DNA from: Octopus sinensis
Lineage: Eukaryota
NCBI RefSeq assembly: GCF_006345805.1
Contig: NW_021834700.1
Coordinates: 1-53,929 of the forward strand
Reading direction: 5' to 3'
Length of the DNA: 53,929 bases
In this document: positions 1-12,200 of the stretch, piece by piece
How the letters are laid out: the number at the start of each line of letters is the position of its first letter
Numbering within the stretch: position 1 is the first letter of the stretch
Program-made: the position numbers and the translations under genes
Notes under the pieces: model-generated
What the model saw: the letters and a program-made list of their open reading frames with translations, nothing else
Database searches by the model: none
Told to the model about the DNA's origin: nothing

Positions 1-685
1 AAAAACATTGTTTCACCAGAGACAGAGACAGGGAGAAGGAGAGACAGAGTGAGAGAGGGAGGGAAGATGGTTAAGGACTGGTGTTTTACTGGAACACGTT
101 CGATCATAGATTTCTTCCACTGCAATTGACCGGTGGCTAAACGCCAAGAGCGTATTTTATTAAAAATAGAGAAGTGACATTCTCCATTGAAGGCAATACA
201 CAGACATGTATATCTGCGCACACAGATTTATATATACCCATCGTCCCAGACTCACACGCAACTACATGCTCACACACACACATATCTATATGTATATATT
301 TATATATATAGAGCTATGGCCTAATTACAACTACATCTGGCAAGCTTCCATGTGTTTTCCATCTACCAAATTTAACTTACAGATCATTATCGACAGGAAT
401 TTATGATCAAGGATATTTGTACAAGAGCCAGACCATTTGCCAACGACATCCTTATCCGCAGAATCATGATACAATACATGTCTAATTGTTTCACAGTTAC
501 GTGTGTGGACCGATGTGCGGTGCTATTGTAGCACTGTATGTTAAAAAAACAATCACAATGAACGTATCTGCTAATCATGAACGAACTAAGAAACCAAGCG
601 TTATAAGATGCAATAGATTAAATGTATCCAACGGTAATTCATGCCAACGGCATTCTTCAACAGATTTACTTGAAAAAAAATGTTT

Positions 686-1067
686 TGGAAGCACTCCGTC
701 GGTTACGACGACGAGGGTTCCGGTTGATCCGAATCAACGGAACAGCCTGCTCCTGAAATTAACGTGTAAGTAGCTGAGCACTCCACAGACACGTGCACCC
801 TTAACGTAGTTCTCGGGGATATTCAGCGTGACACAGAGAGTGACAAGGCCGGCCTTTGAAATACAGGTACAACAGAAACAGGAAGTAAGAGTGAGAGAAA
901 GTTGTGGCGAAAGAGTACAGCAGGATCCCACCATCCCCTGCCGGAGCCTCGTGGAGCTTTTAGGTGTTTTCGCTCAATAAACACTCACAACGCCTGGTCT
1001 GGGAATCGAAACCGCGATCCTATGACCGCGAGTCCGCTGCCCTAACCACTGGGCCATTGCGCCTCCA
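686..1067 (-). mobile_element. tRNA-derived SINE, near full length
   Basis: Minus-strand head GGAGGCGCAATGGCCCAGTGG...GGTTTCGATTCCC contains Pol III A and B boxes. The 3' part is shared with the copy at 13250-13570. Confidence 0.85.
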
Positions 1068-1273
1068 TGTACGTGTTTATCGCCCAGTTAAAAGCAGTAG
1101 CCAATATCTTTAAGGTCTGATTTCGAATTTCGGCGAGGTCGACATTGTTTGTATCCTTTCGGCTTGGATACAATAAATATCAACTGAACACTTAGGTCGG
1201 TGTAATCGATTTACCCCCAAGTCGCGAAATTTGCTGCCCCTGGGGTAAACTTTCAAATACGTATCATAGAGTA

Positions 1274-1450
1274 TGGCGGCAGAATCGTTAGCAGACCCGT
1301 TAAAATATTTAGCGTTCTTTCGTTCGTCTTTACGTTCTGAGCTCAAACTTCACCGAGGTCGACTTTGGCTTTCATCCTCCTTGGTCAATAAAATAGATAC
1401 CGGTTGAGCACTGGAATCGATGTTATCGATTCACTTCCTCCCCCGTAAAT
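1274..1450 (+). mobile_element. SINE family B (GGCAGAATCGTTAGC...GTTCAAAT...GGTCGACTTTGCC)
   Basis: Matches more than 15 other copies in the window. An older fragment lies just upstream at about 1115-1250. Confidence 0.8.
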
Positions 1451-1579
1451 GTTGTTTAAAAAAATGTTCGTTTTTCATGTTTTTGTTTCTTATGTTCTCG
1501 TTTTTCATTTTGTTCAATGTTTTTTGACGTCCTGTAGCCATATATGTATGTATATAAACATATATATGTAGGTATATAT

Positions 1580-1986
1580 AGGCGCAGGAGTGGCTGTGTG
1601 GTAAGTAGCTTGCTAACCAACTACATGGTTCCGGGTTCAGTCCCACTGCGTGGCATCTTGGGCAAGTGTCTTCTGCTATAGCCCCGGGCCGACCAATGCC
1701 TTGTGAGTGGATTTGGTAGAGGGAAACTGAAAGAAGGCTGTCGCATACATGTATATATATATATGTATGTGTGTGTATATGTTTGTGTGTCTGTGTTTGA
1801 CCCCTAGCATTGCTTGACAATCGATGCTGGTGTGTTTACGTACCCGTCAATTAGCGTTTCGGCAAAAGCGACCGATAGAATAAGTACTGGGCTTACAAAA
1901 GAATAAGCCCCGGGGTCGATTTGCTCGACTAAAGGCGGTGCTCTAGCATGGCCGCAGTCAAATGATTGAAACAAGTAAAAGATAAA
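1580..1986 (+). mobile_element. SINE family A, full length (tRNA-like head, internal TA/TG tract, 3' stem-loop tail)
   Basis: AGGCGCAGGAGTGGCTGTGTGGTAAG...GGTTCAGTCCCACTGCG...GGCGGTGCTCTAGCATGGCCGCAGTCAAATGATTGAAACAAG; more than 10 homologous copies in the window. Confidence 0.9.
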
Positions 1987-2024
1987 AGTATAAAAGATAT
2001 ATATATATATTTATATATATATAT

Positions 2025-2380
2025 TCGCAGAAAAACAAAAGACGAAGACAGATGGTATTGACAACAGCGTGTATATAGAATGTAGAAAAATAACAAACGA
2101 GCTGATACGTATAAGAAAAATAAGACAAGGTATCAAATGCAAGAATGCTTTCATCATCAAGGACATTCTAGTACCGGTTTCCGTCGTTTAGACATTTTCA
2201 ACTAAGAGTAAATTAAGGATAACAAATTGGAGAAGAATAAAACTTAAATCAAATATTTTGTAAATATTTCCATTGTCTTCAAATAATCTGTCCGCCTCTC
2301 TCTCAACAATCTCTCTTTCTCTCTTCCTTTGTGAATGCTTGCTAGGTAAGTAGTAGCAAATCTAAAGAAACTGTTTTATG
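2025..2380 (-). mobile_element. Penelope-like terminal-repeat fragment with degenerate minimal HHR (2168-2205)
   Basis: Reverse complement reads ttag-TTGAAAA-tgtc taaac gacg-GAAA-CCGG-TA-ctag, which is HHR architecture with a mutated core. Confidence 0.5.
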
Positions 2381-2503
2381 AGTAGAGATAAGTGCAGAAG
2401 CAGTTTTATGAGTAGAGATAGGCAGAAGCAGCCGAGGGAGTAGAAGAAGGAGAAGAAGTAGAAGAAGATGAAGAAGGAACAGTAATACAGAAAAATGGGA
2501 TTA

Positions 2504-2700
2504 AGCGAGCACATTGATATTTAGGTTACAAACGAACAATCCAACGATAAAATTTCCCTCTCTATACATTCAGGTACAATGCAACATATAATCAGCGAAT
2601 TAGCAAAGGAAGCATATTTTATCGCAAATTATAAACCTCTTTTGAATGTGTCCATCACTGATGAAACTACGACAAGAATTTAGAACAATTATGACCAGTA
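2504..2700 (+). pseudogene. C-terminal remnant of PLE GIY-YIG endonuclease followed by a decayed HHR core
   Basis: With frameshifts it reads SEHIDI...IFPLY...LAKEAYFIANYKPLLN, resembling the PLE endonuclease end (KE.YFI....P.LN). CTGATGA follows immediately at 2658-2664. Confidence 0.55.
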
Positions 2701-2779
2701 CTGCTACGACTACAACGGGTCACTTTTAGGTCTTCTAACCATTAAATAAGATTCCACGAACAATATACAGCGTCGCACC

Positions 2780-3330
2780 ACTTCTGTCTTTTCCTTTTCT
2801 ACATCTTCCCTCTTCCCTCTACTTTCCCTATTCCTAATTCTCTGCCCTCTTCATCACCACTTCACCTTCTCCCCTCCTCCTCCTCCCCCTCCTCCTCTCC
2901 TCCCTTCCTTTTCCTTCTTCTTCTTCCCGTCTTCTCTTTTCCTCCCCCTTTTCCTTCTTCCTCTTCCTCCTTCTTCTCCTTCTTCTTCTCCCTCTGCCCC
3001 TCCTTCTCCTCCTCCTTCTCCTCCCTTCCTCTTCCTCCTCCTACTTCTTCTTCTTCTTTTTCTTCTTCACGTCTTTTCTTCTCCTCCCCCTTTTCCTTCT
3101 TCTTCTTCTTCTTCTCCTTCTCCTTCTCCTACTCCCCCTCCTTCTCCTCCTCCTCCTCCTCCTCCCCAACCTCTTCCTCCTACTCCTCCTTTTCTTCTTC
3201 TTCTTCTTCTTCTTCTCCTTCTCCCCTCCTTCTCCTTCTCCTCCTCCTCCTCCCCAACCTCTTCCTCCTACTCCTCCTTTTTCTTATTCTTCTTCTTCTT
3301 CTTCTCCTTTTTTCTTTTCTTCTCCTCCCT
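2780..3330. repeat. CTT/CCT pyrimidine-rich low-complexity tract
   Basis: Direct reading. Confidence 0.95.
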
Positions 3331-3703
3331 CGGCTGCACCTGCATAAACCAATTCTCTGATTTACTACTATTTACTTACCAAGCATTTACAAAGGAAGAG
3401 AGAGGGAGAGAAAGGGGGAGAGAGGGATTATTTTAATATTATGGAAGCATTTACCTATTCGGAGACATTCGAAATATTTACCTATTTAAAAATTTGGAAA
3501 TATTTACAAAACATTACACTTAAGTTTTTCGCCAATTTAATTGTTTGTTTCATTTTACTCTTAGCTGAAAAAGTAGAAAAAGTAGAAAACCGGCATTAAA
3601 ATGTACTTCACAATAAATTTATCTTAGCATTTTCTACATAGTCTTCTTTTCCTTATATATATATATCTTTATATTTCATAAGAATGGGTGAAAACATATG
3701 CGC

Positions 3704-3705
<2 letters not shown>

Positions 3706-3786
<81 letters not shown>

Positions 3787-3788
3787 AA

Positions 3789-3828
<40 letters not shown>

Positions 3829-3845
3829 TCTAACTAACTAACTAA
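3706..3845. repeat. (TATC)n/(TGTC)n microsatellite
   Basis: Direct reading. Similar arrays at about 15330-15895, 36550-36840 and 44105-44300. Confidence 0.95.
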
Positions 3846-3990
3846 TGGACTAACTATAAAAACAACAAAGTTTGTTAAAGAATTAGAGTACACAGAGATA
3901 ATGAAAGTCACTGTGTACTTTTTTTGACCCTAAAAACTCATGGCCCACTTTGCTAATTCTACCGCCGAAATACGTGCTGAAACAATAACG

Positions 3991-4055
<65 letters not shown>

Positions 4056-4754
4056 TTATATATAATATATATATATGTATGTATGTATGTTTGTATGTAT
4101 GTATGTATGTTTATATCACACATCATTATAACATATTTTTTTTACCGGTTCGAACATCCTCTGGCACTTTTAACGTTAATGACAGCAGGCAAGTTGGGGA
4201 TGGGGCAGCGGCAAGAAGAGGAAAACAACAAGAAAACAAAACAAAAAACACAACAACAACAACAGCGAAAACAAAAACAAGTATAAGAATCCGTTGTTAA
4301 AATGAAAAAAAGCAAGTCTAACAACAAAAAGAAACTGGTGAGATCGAAAACAAAACAGAAGAACTTAAAGAAAAATAAGAAGTATTATTATAGTACATTC
4401 ATATACATATTGTGTCTCTCTTTGAATCTTTTGCCTGCTACATGTTAACGTTTCAAAGTTCTCTACTCCATATATATATACAACCATATATATGTTTATA
4501 TATATATATATATATATATATGCATATGTATATATATATATTTTTTATATATATAATATATATATATCTATATGGTGTATAAATATAAATACATATATAT
4601 ATATGTATATATATATATATGTATGTACGTATGTATGTACGTATGTATGTATATATGTAATGCATGTTTCATAATGATGAGTCGAATCTGTAGATTCATA
4701 TTTGTTTCCTGTCGTTGTTCTTGGATATGTAAAAAAATATTCCTGGTATATTTT

Positions 4755-4789
<35 letters not shown>

Positions 4790-4829
4790 GTTATTATTGT
4801 TATATTATTATCATTATTATTATTATTAA

Positions 4830-4865
<36 letters not shown>

Positions 4866-5018
4866 CATTATTATTATTATTATTTTGTTATTGTAGATGT
4901 GGTGGTGGTTCTTTTTTTCTTCTTCTTCCTTGTGTTATTGTTGTTGCTATTATTAGTATTATTACCATTATTAATGCTGATGTTATCTTCAGTATTATTA
5001 TCATTACCATTAATATTA

Positions 5019-5053
<35 letters not shown>

Positions 5054-5099
5054 GTTATTATTATTATTATTATTATTATTGTTATTAATATTATTATTA

Positions 5100-5142
<43 letters not shown>

Positions 5143-5159
5143 CATTATTATTATTATTA

Positions 5160-5193
<34 letters not shown>

Positions 5194-5250
5194 CATTATT
5201 AATATCATTATTACCATTATTGTTACCTTCACCGTTATTATTATTATCTT
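4755..5250. repeat. (TAT)n trinucleotide array
   Basis: Direct reading; source of the poly-Leu/Ile/Tyr pseudo-ORFs. Confidence 0.95.
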
Positions 5251-6165
5251 TATTCTCACAGACAAACGAGGTTGTGTAAACCTTTTCAGATGATCACGTT
5301 TCCAACAACGAAAATAGATTATAAGATGCAGAAATTCTTTAGTCTGGCAAATAGTGAAGTAAAACGCTAAAACAACAACAACCACAACAATAACAAGTCT
5401 AGCAACAACACCAGCACCAACAATACCAATAGCAACAACAACAACAACAACAACACCAGCAGCAATAACGGTATCAATAACAATAACAAAAAACATTCGA
5501 TTTTTATCTGATTCCACAGCAGAAGGAAGTAACATGTTTGGGAAAGATAGTGTTTTGTGAGAGCCGAGACGTGCTCAATACAAATAAAAATAAATGTACA
5601 GATAGATACAATTAGATGCAGATTGGTTCCTTGCTAGTATTTTATTTTATTTTGCAGTTTTGTGTGCTTTTATTTAATTTTTTTTCTTTATATAATTAAT
5701 GTTTCTGGCTTTATTGCAAATGTTATAATATTGCTTTGCGTTGATGTAAGTTCTAGGTATTTTTTTTTCCTTGTTTTGGTATTATGACCACTGTTATTTT
5801 TTTTTATATTACAACGATTGCGATTTCTGTTTTTTTCTTTTTCTATTATTGTTGTTGTCATTGTTGTTATAACTGTTGCTGTTCTTCTTGTGATTGTTGT
5901 CGTTGTGGCGATGTTATTGGTAGAATTTGCTTTGGTATCGCTATTGTTAGTCGTCTTAGAACCATTATTTCATCTTGACGTTAATATTAAGATTTTGTGG
6001 ACGAAGTCTGCTAAACGTTATTCAGAGAATGCTAAATTCCTGTTCTATGTGCATAGGGAGACTCATTTTCAAATCCTGACCGAATACGGGGTTTTCGAAT
6101 CAACAGTTTTCATGCAAAAACAACCAGAGACACATTTTGCTTGCCCAATGTTAATTTTCCCTTGT

Positions 6166-6385
6166 AAGGTGGCGAGCTGGTTAAATCGTTAGCACGGCAA
6201 GTAAAATGCTTAGCGCCATTTCATCTGTCCCTATGTTCTGAGCTCAAATTCCGCTGCGGTCAACTTTGCCTTTCATCCTTCCACAGTCGACGAAAGAGGT
6301 ACCGATTGAATACAAAGGTTGATGTAATCGATTTACACACTCCCTGAAAATTGCGGGCCTTGTGCCAAAATTTGAAACCGATATC
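6166..6385 (+). mobile_element. SINE family B
   Basis: AAGGTGGCGAGCTGG...GCTCAAATTCCGC...CTTTGCCTTTCATCC. Confidence 0.85.
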
Positions 6386-6404
6386 AAGTTTTTCTTGTCT
6401 AGAC

Positions 6405-6563
6405 TCAGGAGTGGCTGTGTAGTAAGTAGCTTGCTTACCAACACAAGCGGTTCCGAGTTCAGTCCCACTGCGTGGCAACTTGGACAAGTGTTTTCTACTA
6501 TAGCATCGGGGTGACCAAAGCCTTGTGAGTGGATTTGGTAGACGGAAACTGAAAAAGGCCCAT

Positions 6564-6600
<37 letters not shown>

Positions 6601-6822
6601 ATGTGTGTATATGTTTGTGAGTCTGTGTTTATCCCCTCAACATCGCTTGACAACCGATGATGATGTGTTTACGTCCTCGTAACTTAGCGGTTCGTCAAAA
6701 AGAAACGATAGAATAAGTACTAGGCTTCCAAAGAATAAGTCCTGGGGTCGATTTGTTCGACTAAAGGCGGTGCTCCAGTATGGCCGCAGTCAAATGACTG
6801 AAACAAGTAAGAGAGTAAAAGA
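6405..6822 (+). mobile_element. SINE family A, full length
   Basis: Near-identical to 1580-1986. Confidence 0.9.
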
Positions 6823-7095
6823 GTATATACGCAAGTGACTGCCATGATTGTTAGATTTAGAACTTAAGTTTGTAACCTCTTGATCTTAGACCCATGCTCT
6901 TGAGCTTGGGTAAGTGATTCTACCGTATACTCGGCCTATATGTATGCTATGTATTTCATCATTTCACAAGTGGTACAATCCATAGAAAGCATCCTTTTTT
7001 TAATTTCAAACCGAATCTAGGCATCGACCTTTTAGGTAGCCGCATGTTTCCACATCCTTATCAATCTATCTAATCCGGATAAAGCCCCGATGTTC

Positions 7096-7284
7096 CAGAA
7101 TCGTTAGCATGCTGGGTTAAAGCGCTTAACAGAATTTCGTACGCCCTTACGTTCTGAGTTGAAATTCTACCTAGGTCGACGTTGCCATTCATCGTTTCAG
7201 GGTCATTAAGTATTGGGGTCCTCGTAATTAACTAGCTCGTTATGCCCAAATTACTGATCTTGTGGAAAACTTTGAAACCAATAT
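7096..7284 (+). mobile_element. SINE family B, diverged
   Basis: CAGAATCGTTAGC...GTTCTGAGTTGAAATTC...GGTCGAC. Confidence 0.75.
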
Positions 7285-7977
7285 GTCAACTTTGAATTAT
7301 GATAAATCACTTTTTCTCCCCTCATCACTATTTTGAATGATTCGTATGACGGAAACTGTGCTGAAGCTCGACATATCTATGTGTGTATCTTTGAACCTGT
7401 GTTCCTCTACGCGCACCATACGACGGCGGTTGTCGGTTTGTTTATTTGTCTCTCTTATAATTAGTGGTGCAGCAAGTGAGATCGATAAAACAATTCCCAA
7501 ATGCAAAACGGAATTATATACTGGAGACCACTTGTTCGACCAAGCCCGTCAAATCACTGCCCCAGCGTGGCCACAGTCCAATAAGGAAAACAAATCGACA
7601 CGTGTGCGTCTCTGTGTGTGTTCCTGCATGTCGGTGTTTGTGCGTGTGTAGATTGGTACTTATAGATGCTTTAGATATACGAAGAATAAATCTTTTCCTT
7701 TCCAGAATTTGATGGTTGTGGAATCAAATGCGGATGCCAGACGTTTCTTGCGGACATTGAATTGAATTGCCATAGACAGCCTTCGTCAATACAGCCATTT
7801 TGTCAATATTGAATGGACGAGGTAACGTCAGCGAGCAACTGTGTGTTGAAAACTGAACTTCAACACAACCAGCATCGTTCAAGTGATTGCTAATAAATAT
7901 ATACCCAATAAAAGTAACAAAAACACACACATACACACAACAACAACAACAACAACAATACAACCACAGATACACAT

Positions 7978-8025
<48 letters not shown>

Positions 8026-8085
8026 TAGGTAACCATTTATTTCTCAATGGCTCTATCTATCTCTATCTCTCTCCCTCTCTCTCTT

Positions 8086-8170
<85 letters not shown>

Positions 8171-8226
8171 TTTCTGTATGTATATATATATGTATATATA
8201 TGTGTATATATATATATGCGTATATA

Positions 8227-8270
<44 letters not shown>

Positions 8271-8924
8271 AATATATACGCATATATATATATGTGTATA
8301 TATATGTATACATATTTATACGTATATATATATATATATGTGTGTATATATTTATGTGCATATATGTATATATATATATGTGTATGTATACTCACATAGA
8401 TATACAGATATATATATCCGTATGCATGTATGTATTTTTACATGTACCCCCCCCCCCGTATACGTAATAAAATAATGCTGGATGGGTTTTGCCGATTGCC
8501 TGGATCCCGATATGCAGAAAAACAAATTTTATTGCCTCTCTCCCATAAAATCCTGTACATTTGTAATATACGTGGAAACAGAAACGCATTAACACTGTGG
8601 AATATAGGAAAGATTCGTAGACTTGTATGCGTACAGGTTTCCCATCAATGAATACCTCTCTTTCTTCCTCTTTCTTCTCTCTCCGCCTCTCTCTGCTCTC
8701 TCTCCTTGATTGTCTGTCTCTTTCGTTAGAGTTATTTATGCGATTGTTGCGTTTCTAAGGAACGGTCGAAGTAGAAATTTGTAAGATCGACAGGTGAAGT
8801 TGGCGTATCTAGTCATGTCTTGTTTATTGTAATGAGAGTTCGAATCCTATCTGGAGCAATTTTGCGTTACATGGGTTTGTGTTACCCTCGTCATCACCAT
8901 CATCATCAAAATCAACCCTGGAGC

Positions 8925-9175
8925 ATTACCACTTTGAGTTTAGAACACATAGACTGGATTAGTTGGTTTTTCATGGTGCAGAAGTGACCGGGATCACAAG
9001 ATCTCCCCCTCGTTGAGACGTCAGTCCATCGCAGTGATAGTCATATGAAGCTGAGTGGACTGGGATGAAATAAAATGAACATTTTCGCCCAACACCACAA
9101 CTCACCATGTCCAGTAATTAAAACTACGATATAGCGATCGGGAGTGCAGTGGAGCTCCCTAACCACTAGGGTAAA
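8925..9175 (-). mobile_element. Old tRNA-derived SINE (family C-like)
   Basis: Minus-strand head TAGTGGTTAGGGAGCTCCACTG...; GCTGAGTGGACTGGG...AAATAAA matches the family C core in reverse. Confidence 0.55.
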
Positions 9176-9208
9176 CCTCAAATATGCACTAACCAAATAT
9201 TGTTGTTG

Positions 9209-9275
<67 letters not shown>

Positions 9276-9279
9276 TCTT

Positions 9280-9360
9280 GGCGGCGAGCTGACAGAATCG
9301 TTAGCACGCTGGACGAAATGCTACGTCTGAGTTCAAATTCCGCCGAGATTGACTTTGCTC
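9280..9360 (+). mobile_element. SINE family B 5' fragment between two (TAT)n arrays
   Basis: GGCGGCGAGCTGACAGAATCGTTAGC...GACTTTGC. Confidence 0.8.
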
Positions 9361-9376
9361 ACAGTAGAAGGGCTTA

Positions 9377-9440
<64 letters not shown>

Positions 9441-9506
9441 TATTATTATTATTAAATATTATAGTCGCATTCTTCTTTATTGCATCTTTACTTTCTGGCG
9501 GAGTAA

Positions 9507-9548
<42 letters not shown>

Positions 9549-9559
9549 ACAGAGAGATA

Positions 9560-9757
9560 TATGTATACACATAAGCCCGTCTTATATACATGAGACGGGC
9601 TTCTTTCAGTTTCCATCTACCAAATCCACTCACAAGGCTTTGGTTGGCTCGAGACTATAGTAGAAGACACTTGCCCAAGGTGCCGCGCAGTGGGACTGAA
9701 CCCAGAAGCATATAGTTCGTAAGCAAGCAAACTTACCACACAGCCACTTCTACGCCT
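9560..9757 (-). mobile_element. SINE family A 5' half
   Basis: Reverse complement of the family A head. Confidence 0.85.
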
Positions 9758-9798
9758 CGTTCCTTAAAACCTTCTATGTTGTTACATGATTTTGACCA

Positions 9799-10010
9799 GG
9801 CAGAATCGTTAACGCATCGGAGAAAAATGCTTCGTAGCACATCTCCGGTTTTTTTTTTTATATTCTGAGTTTCAATGGCACTAAGGGCGTCTTGGCCTTT
9901 CATCGTTTCAGAGTTGATAAAATATGTTTTAGTTAAAGCACCGGGGTTGATTGTAATCCACTTATTTCCCATCCCTCAAAATTACTATCTTTCTGCGAAA
10001 ATTGGAAAGG
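9799..10010 (+). mobile_element. SINE family B, diverged
   Basis: GGCAGAATCGTTAACG...TTCTGAGTTTCAAT...CCTTTCATC. Confidence 0.7.
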
Positions 10011-10244
10011 ATTAATTTATGTAGAATTTGTAAAGATGCGAAGAAGTCGAAGCTTGTTTTCGTCGTGTAAACTTTCAAGTATAAATTACGTATTCAAGAC
10101 AGGCGTTTGTTATAGTGTCACTAGTTGTCTTGATAACAAGTCAAGATGGCTGCGCATGGAATATAAATTATCTGCTGTAAACATGTATACACGCTGATCA
10201 ATTTCAGTTGTACGCCACAGGTTGCTACAGTTTTGTTATTCTTG

Positions 10245-10460
10245 TTAATTTAATTTAAGCTAAGTTAAGTGAATTTTTTGGCTCAAAAAGCAAAAGCAAG
10301 GCCATGTAGGGGGACATGGAGTTGTGTACAGGGTGGTGTTCATGCATAGAGTTCAGGCCACTGTGTGGTACCTTGGGTAAATGTCTCCTCTTATATAGCA
10401 CCAAGCTGAACAAAGCTTTGTGAGGAGATTTGGAAGACGGAAACTAAAAGAAGCCTGTTT
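10245..10460. mobile_element. Chimera of a CR1/L2-group LINE 3' tail (minus, 10245-10360) and a SINE A internal fragment (plus, 10360-10460)
   Basis: The first part is nearly identical to the LINE tail at 10537 and switches into SINE A at GTTCAGGCCACTG. Confidence 0.75.
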
Positions 10461-10536
10461 CATATATATATATATATATACATACACATATAGTTGTGGG
10501 AAGATGGATTGGGTTTGATATTATTTAGTTGAGGAA

Positions 10537-10926
10537 GTTGTTAAGTTAAGTTAATTTTTTGGCTCAAAAAGCAAAAAGCAAGGCCATGTAGGGGGACAGG
10601 GAGTTTATGCAAAGAGTTCAGGCCATTTCTGGTCAAGGGAGACTTTGAACCGAGCGGTCGTCGGCATCTTCACTATCTCATCCGGCAGCTTATTCCACGG
10701 ATCCGCAACCCGGACGGAGAAAGCCCCTCTCCTTCGATTGAGATGAAATCGTCGCAGATAGAGCTTTTCGGAGTGACCCCGCAGCCGACGCTCTGGAGCA
10801 GGAGTGAAGAACAGCTCTTTCGAGAGGTTACACTTTCCGTTTATGTTGTTGTGAGCGAGAATGAGATCACCACAGCGTCGTCGTTTTTCTAGAGAATAAA
10901 GGTCGAGCGTCTTCAGCCTTTCTTCC
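10537..10926 (-). mobile_element. 5'-truncated CR1/L2-group LINE 3' end with (TTAAC)n tail
   Basis: Translates EERLKTLDLYSLEKRRRCGDLILAH...RLRGHSEKLYLRRFHLNRRRGAFSVRVADPWNKLP, typical of the ORF2 C-terminus in this group. Confidence 0.9.
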
Positions 10927-11274
10927 TAACAGTTATTTCTATGCAGTTTGTAATTGTAAGCAGTCTTCCATGATTTTGAAAACTCCCGTTCAGACATGTG
11001 GAATATCTTCCAGCTACGGCGTCGCCCTGTAAAAATTCTGCGACTAATGTGCCCCTGTTAAACTAAAAGAAATAAATTTGTTTCGACTGCCATATTGGTC
11101 GGTCTCTTCTTTTACATTTGAAGATCTGCCATGAAAACATCAAATTAAGATGAACATTTCTGGTTAGAGAAATATATTTCTCGTCAAAACCGACAGAGAA
11201 ACCGCCACATTTTAGGTATTTTAGGTATTATTTAGGTATTTTGGGGTATCATCGTTGTAACCCCAATATATTTG

Positions 11275-11304
<30 letters not shown>

Positions 11305-11308
<4 letters not shown>

Positions 11309-11480
11309 CGGGAAGCTTTATGAAAATAGACAAAAGACGAAGGCAGGTTTACGGAAATAAACAAAAGACGAAGGCAGGGGGAATACAAACAAACAATTGT
11401 ATTAGTATGGCGCTCAGGATATATAAATGAAACAAGTCTTTAACGTTTCGAGCCTACGCTCTTCAACAGAAAGATACACA
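11305..11480 (-). mobile_element. PLE terminal fragment with minimal HHR-like motif (11437-11474)
   Basis: Reverse complement reads tcttt-CTGTTGA-a-gagc gtag gctc-GAAA-CG-TT-aaaga. Stem I is 5 bp and the core has A6>U. Confidence 0.6.
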
Positions 11481-11504
11481 GAGAAATATATATATATATA
11501 TTAT

Positions 11505-11723
11505 GCGAGCTGGCAGAAACGTTGGCACGTCGTGCGAAATGCGTAGCTGCATTTCGTCTGCCGTTACGTTCAAATTCCGCTGAGGACGACTTTGCCTTTC
11601 ATCCTTTCGGGGTCGGTAAATAAAGTACCAGTTACGCACTGGGGGCGATGTAATCGACTTAATCCCTTTGTCTGTCCTTGTTTGTCCCCTCTATGTTTAG
11701 CCCCTTGTGGGCAATAAAGAAAT
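11505..11723 (+). mobile_element. SINE family B, full length
   Basis: Ends ...GCCCCTTGTGGGCAATAAAGAAAT. Confidence 0.9.
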
Positions 11724-11959
11724 ATATATATATATACTTATGTATATGTGAGGTAATGGTGTCAATAAGACCCAAAGGTGTCAGTTAATCCTGAGTAAGA
11801 GCTATGGACAGACTATAGTTAAACTCCAGGTTCGGTGATTATGCGAACGAGGAGTCCAACGTCGAAACCCTCGATCCAATAACACGGTTTTCAAACACTA
11901 TGCTTTGTATGACGAATTTTAAATATTATTGGAACTCACACACAAGTTACAGGAAACTT

Positions 11960-12200
11960 ATATGTATACCATTCTGCTTAAATAATGGAACTTCACTCCA
12001 CTTCACTCTCTATTTCATATCTTCTCTAGAATAACTATTGCTTAACCATTTTCTCGCTCCGATGAAGGGATATATAAAATATCCCGGAAACAGCCGTAAG
12101 ACCTTCTCTTTATAAATATTCTGAAACCTTTACAGCCTTGGATTTCTATATTCTTTTTTCATTATAGTCTTCGTTCATTACATATATGGTGTATATATTT
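11960..12200 (+). mobile_element. PLE terminal fragment with HHR-like motif (12054-12102)
   Basis: CCGATGA-a-GGGATAT ataaa ATATCCC-g-GAAA-C agcc G-TA. Stem II is a perfect 7 bp; stem I is eroded. Confidence 0.55.

Noticed and set aside
1000-1067. tRNA-like heads (also 49375-49445 and 48212-48270)
   Set aside because: A/B boxes continue into SINE bodies, and there is no complete cloverleaf or acceptor stem.
7706-7821. Exon-like segment (ttccag|...GAG|gtaacg), peptide FDGCGIKCGCQTFLAD...
   Set aside because: All three plus frames hit a stop before the donor, and the antisense frame is also unrecognisable.
10141-10153. CAAGATGGCTGC YY1-like / start-codon context
   Set aside because: A single short motif with no promoter context; the ORF stops after 5 codons.
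10930-11054. Minus-strand acceptor with two open frames (GHISRRIF... / GTLVAEFL...)
   Set aside because: No convincing donor (it runs into the LINE) and no recognisable product.
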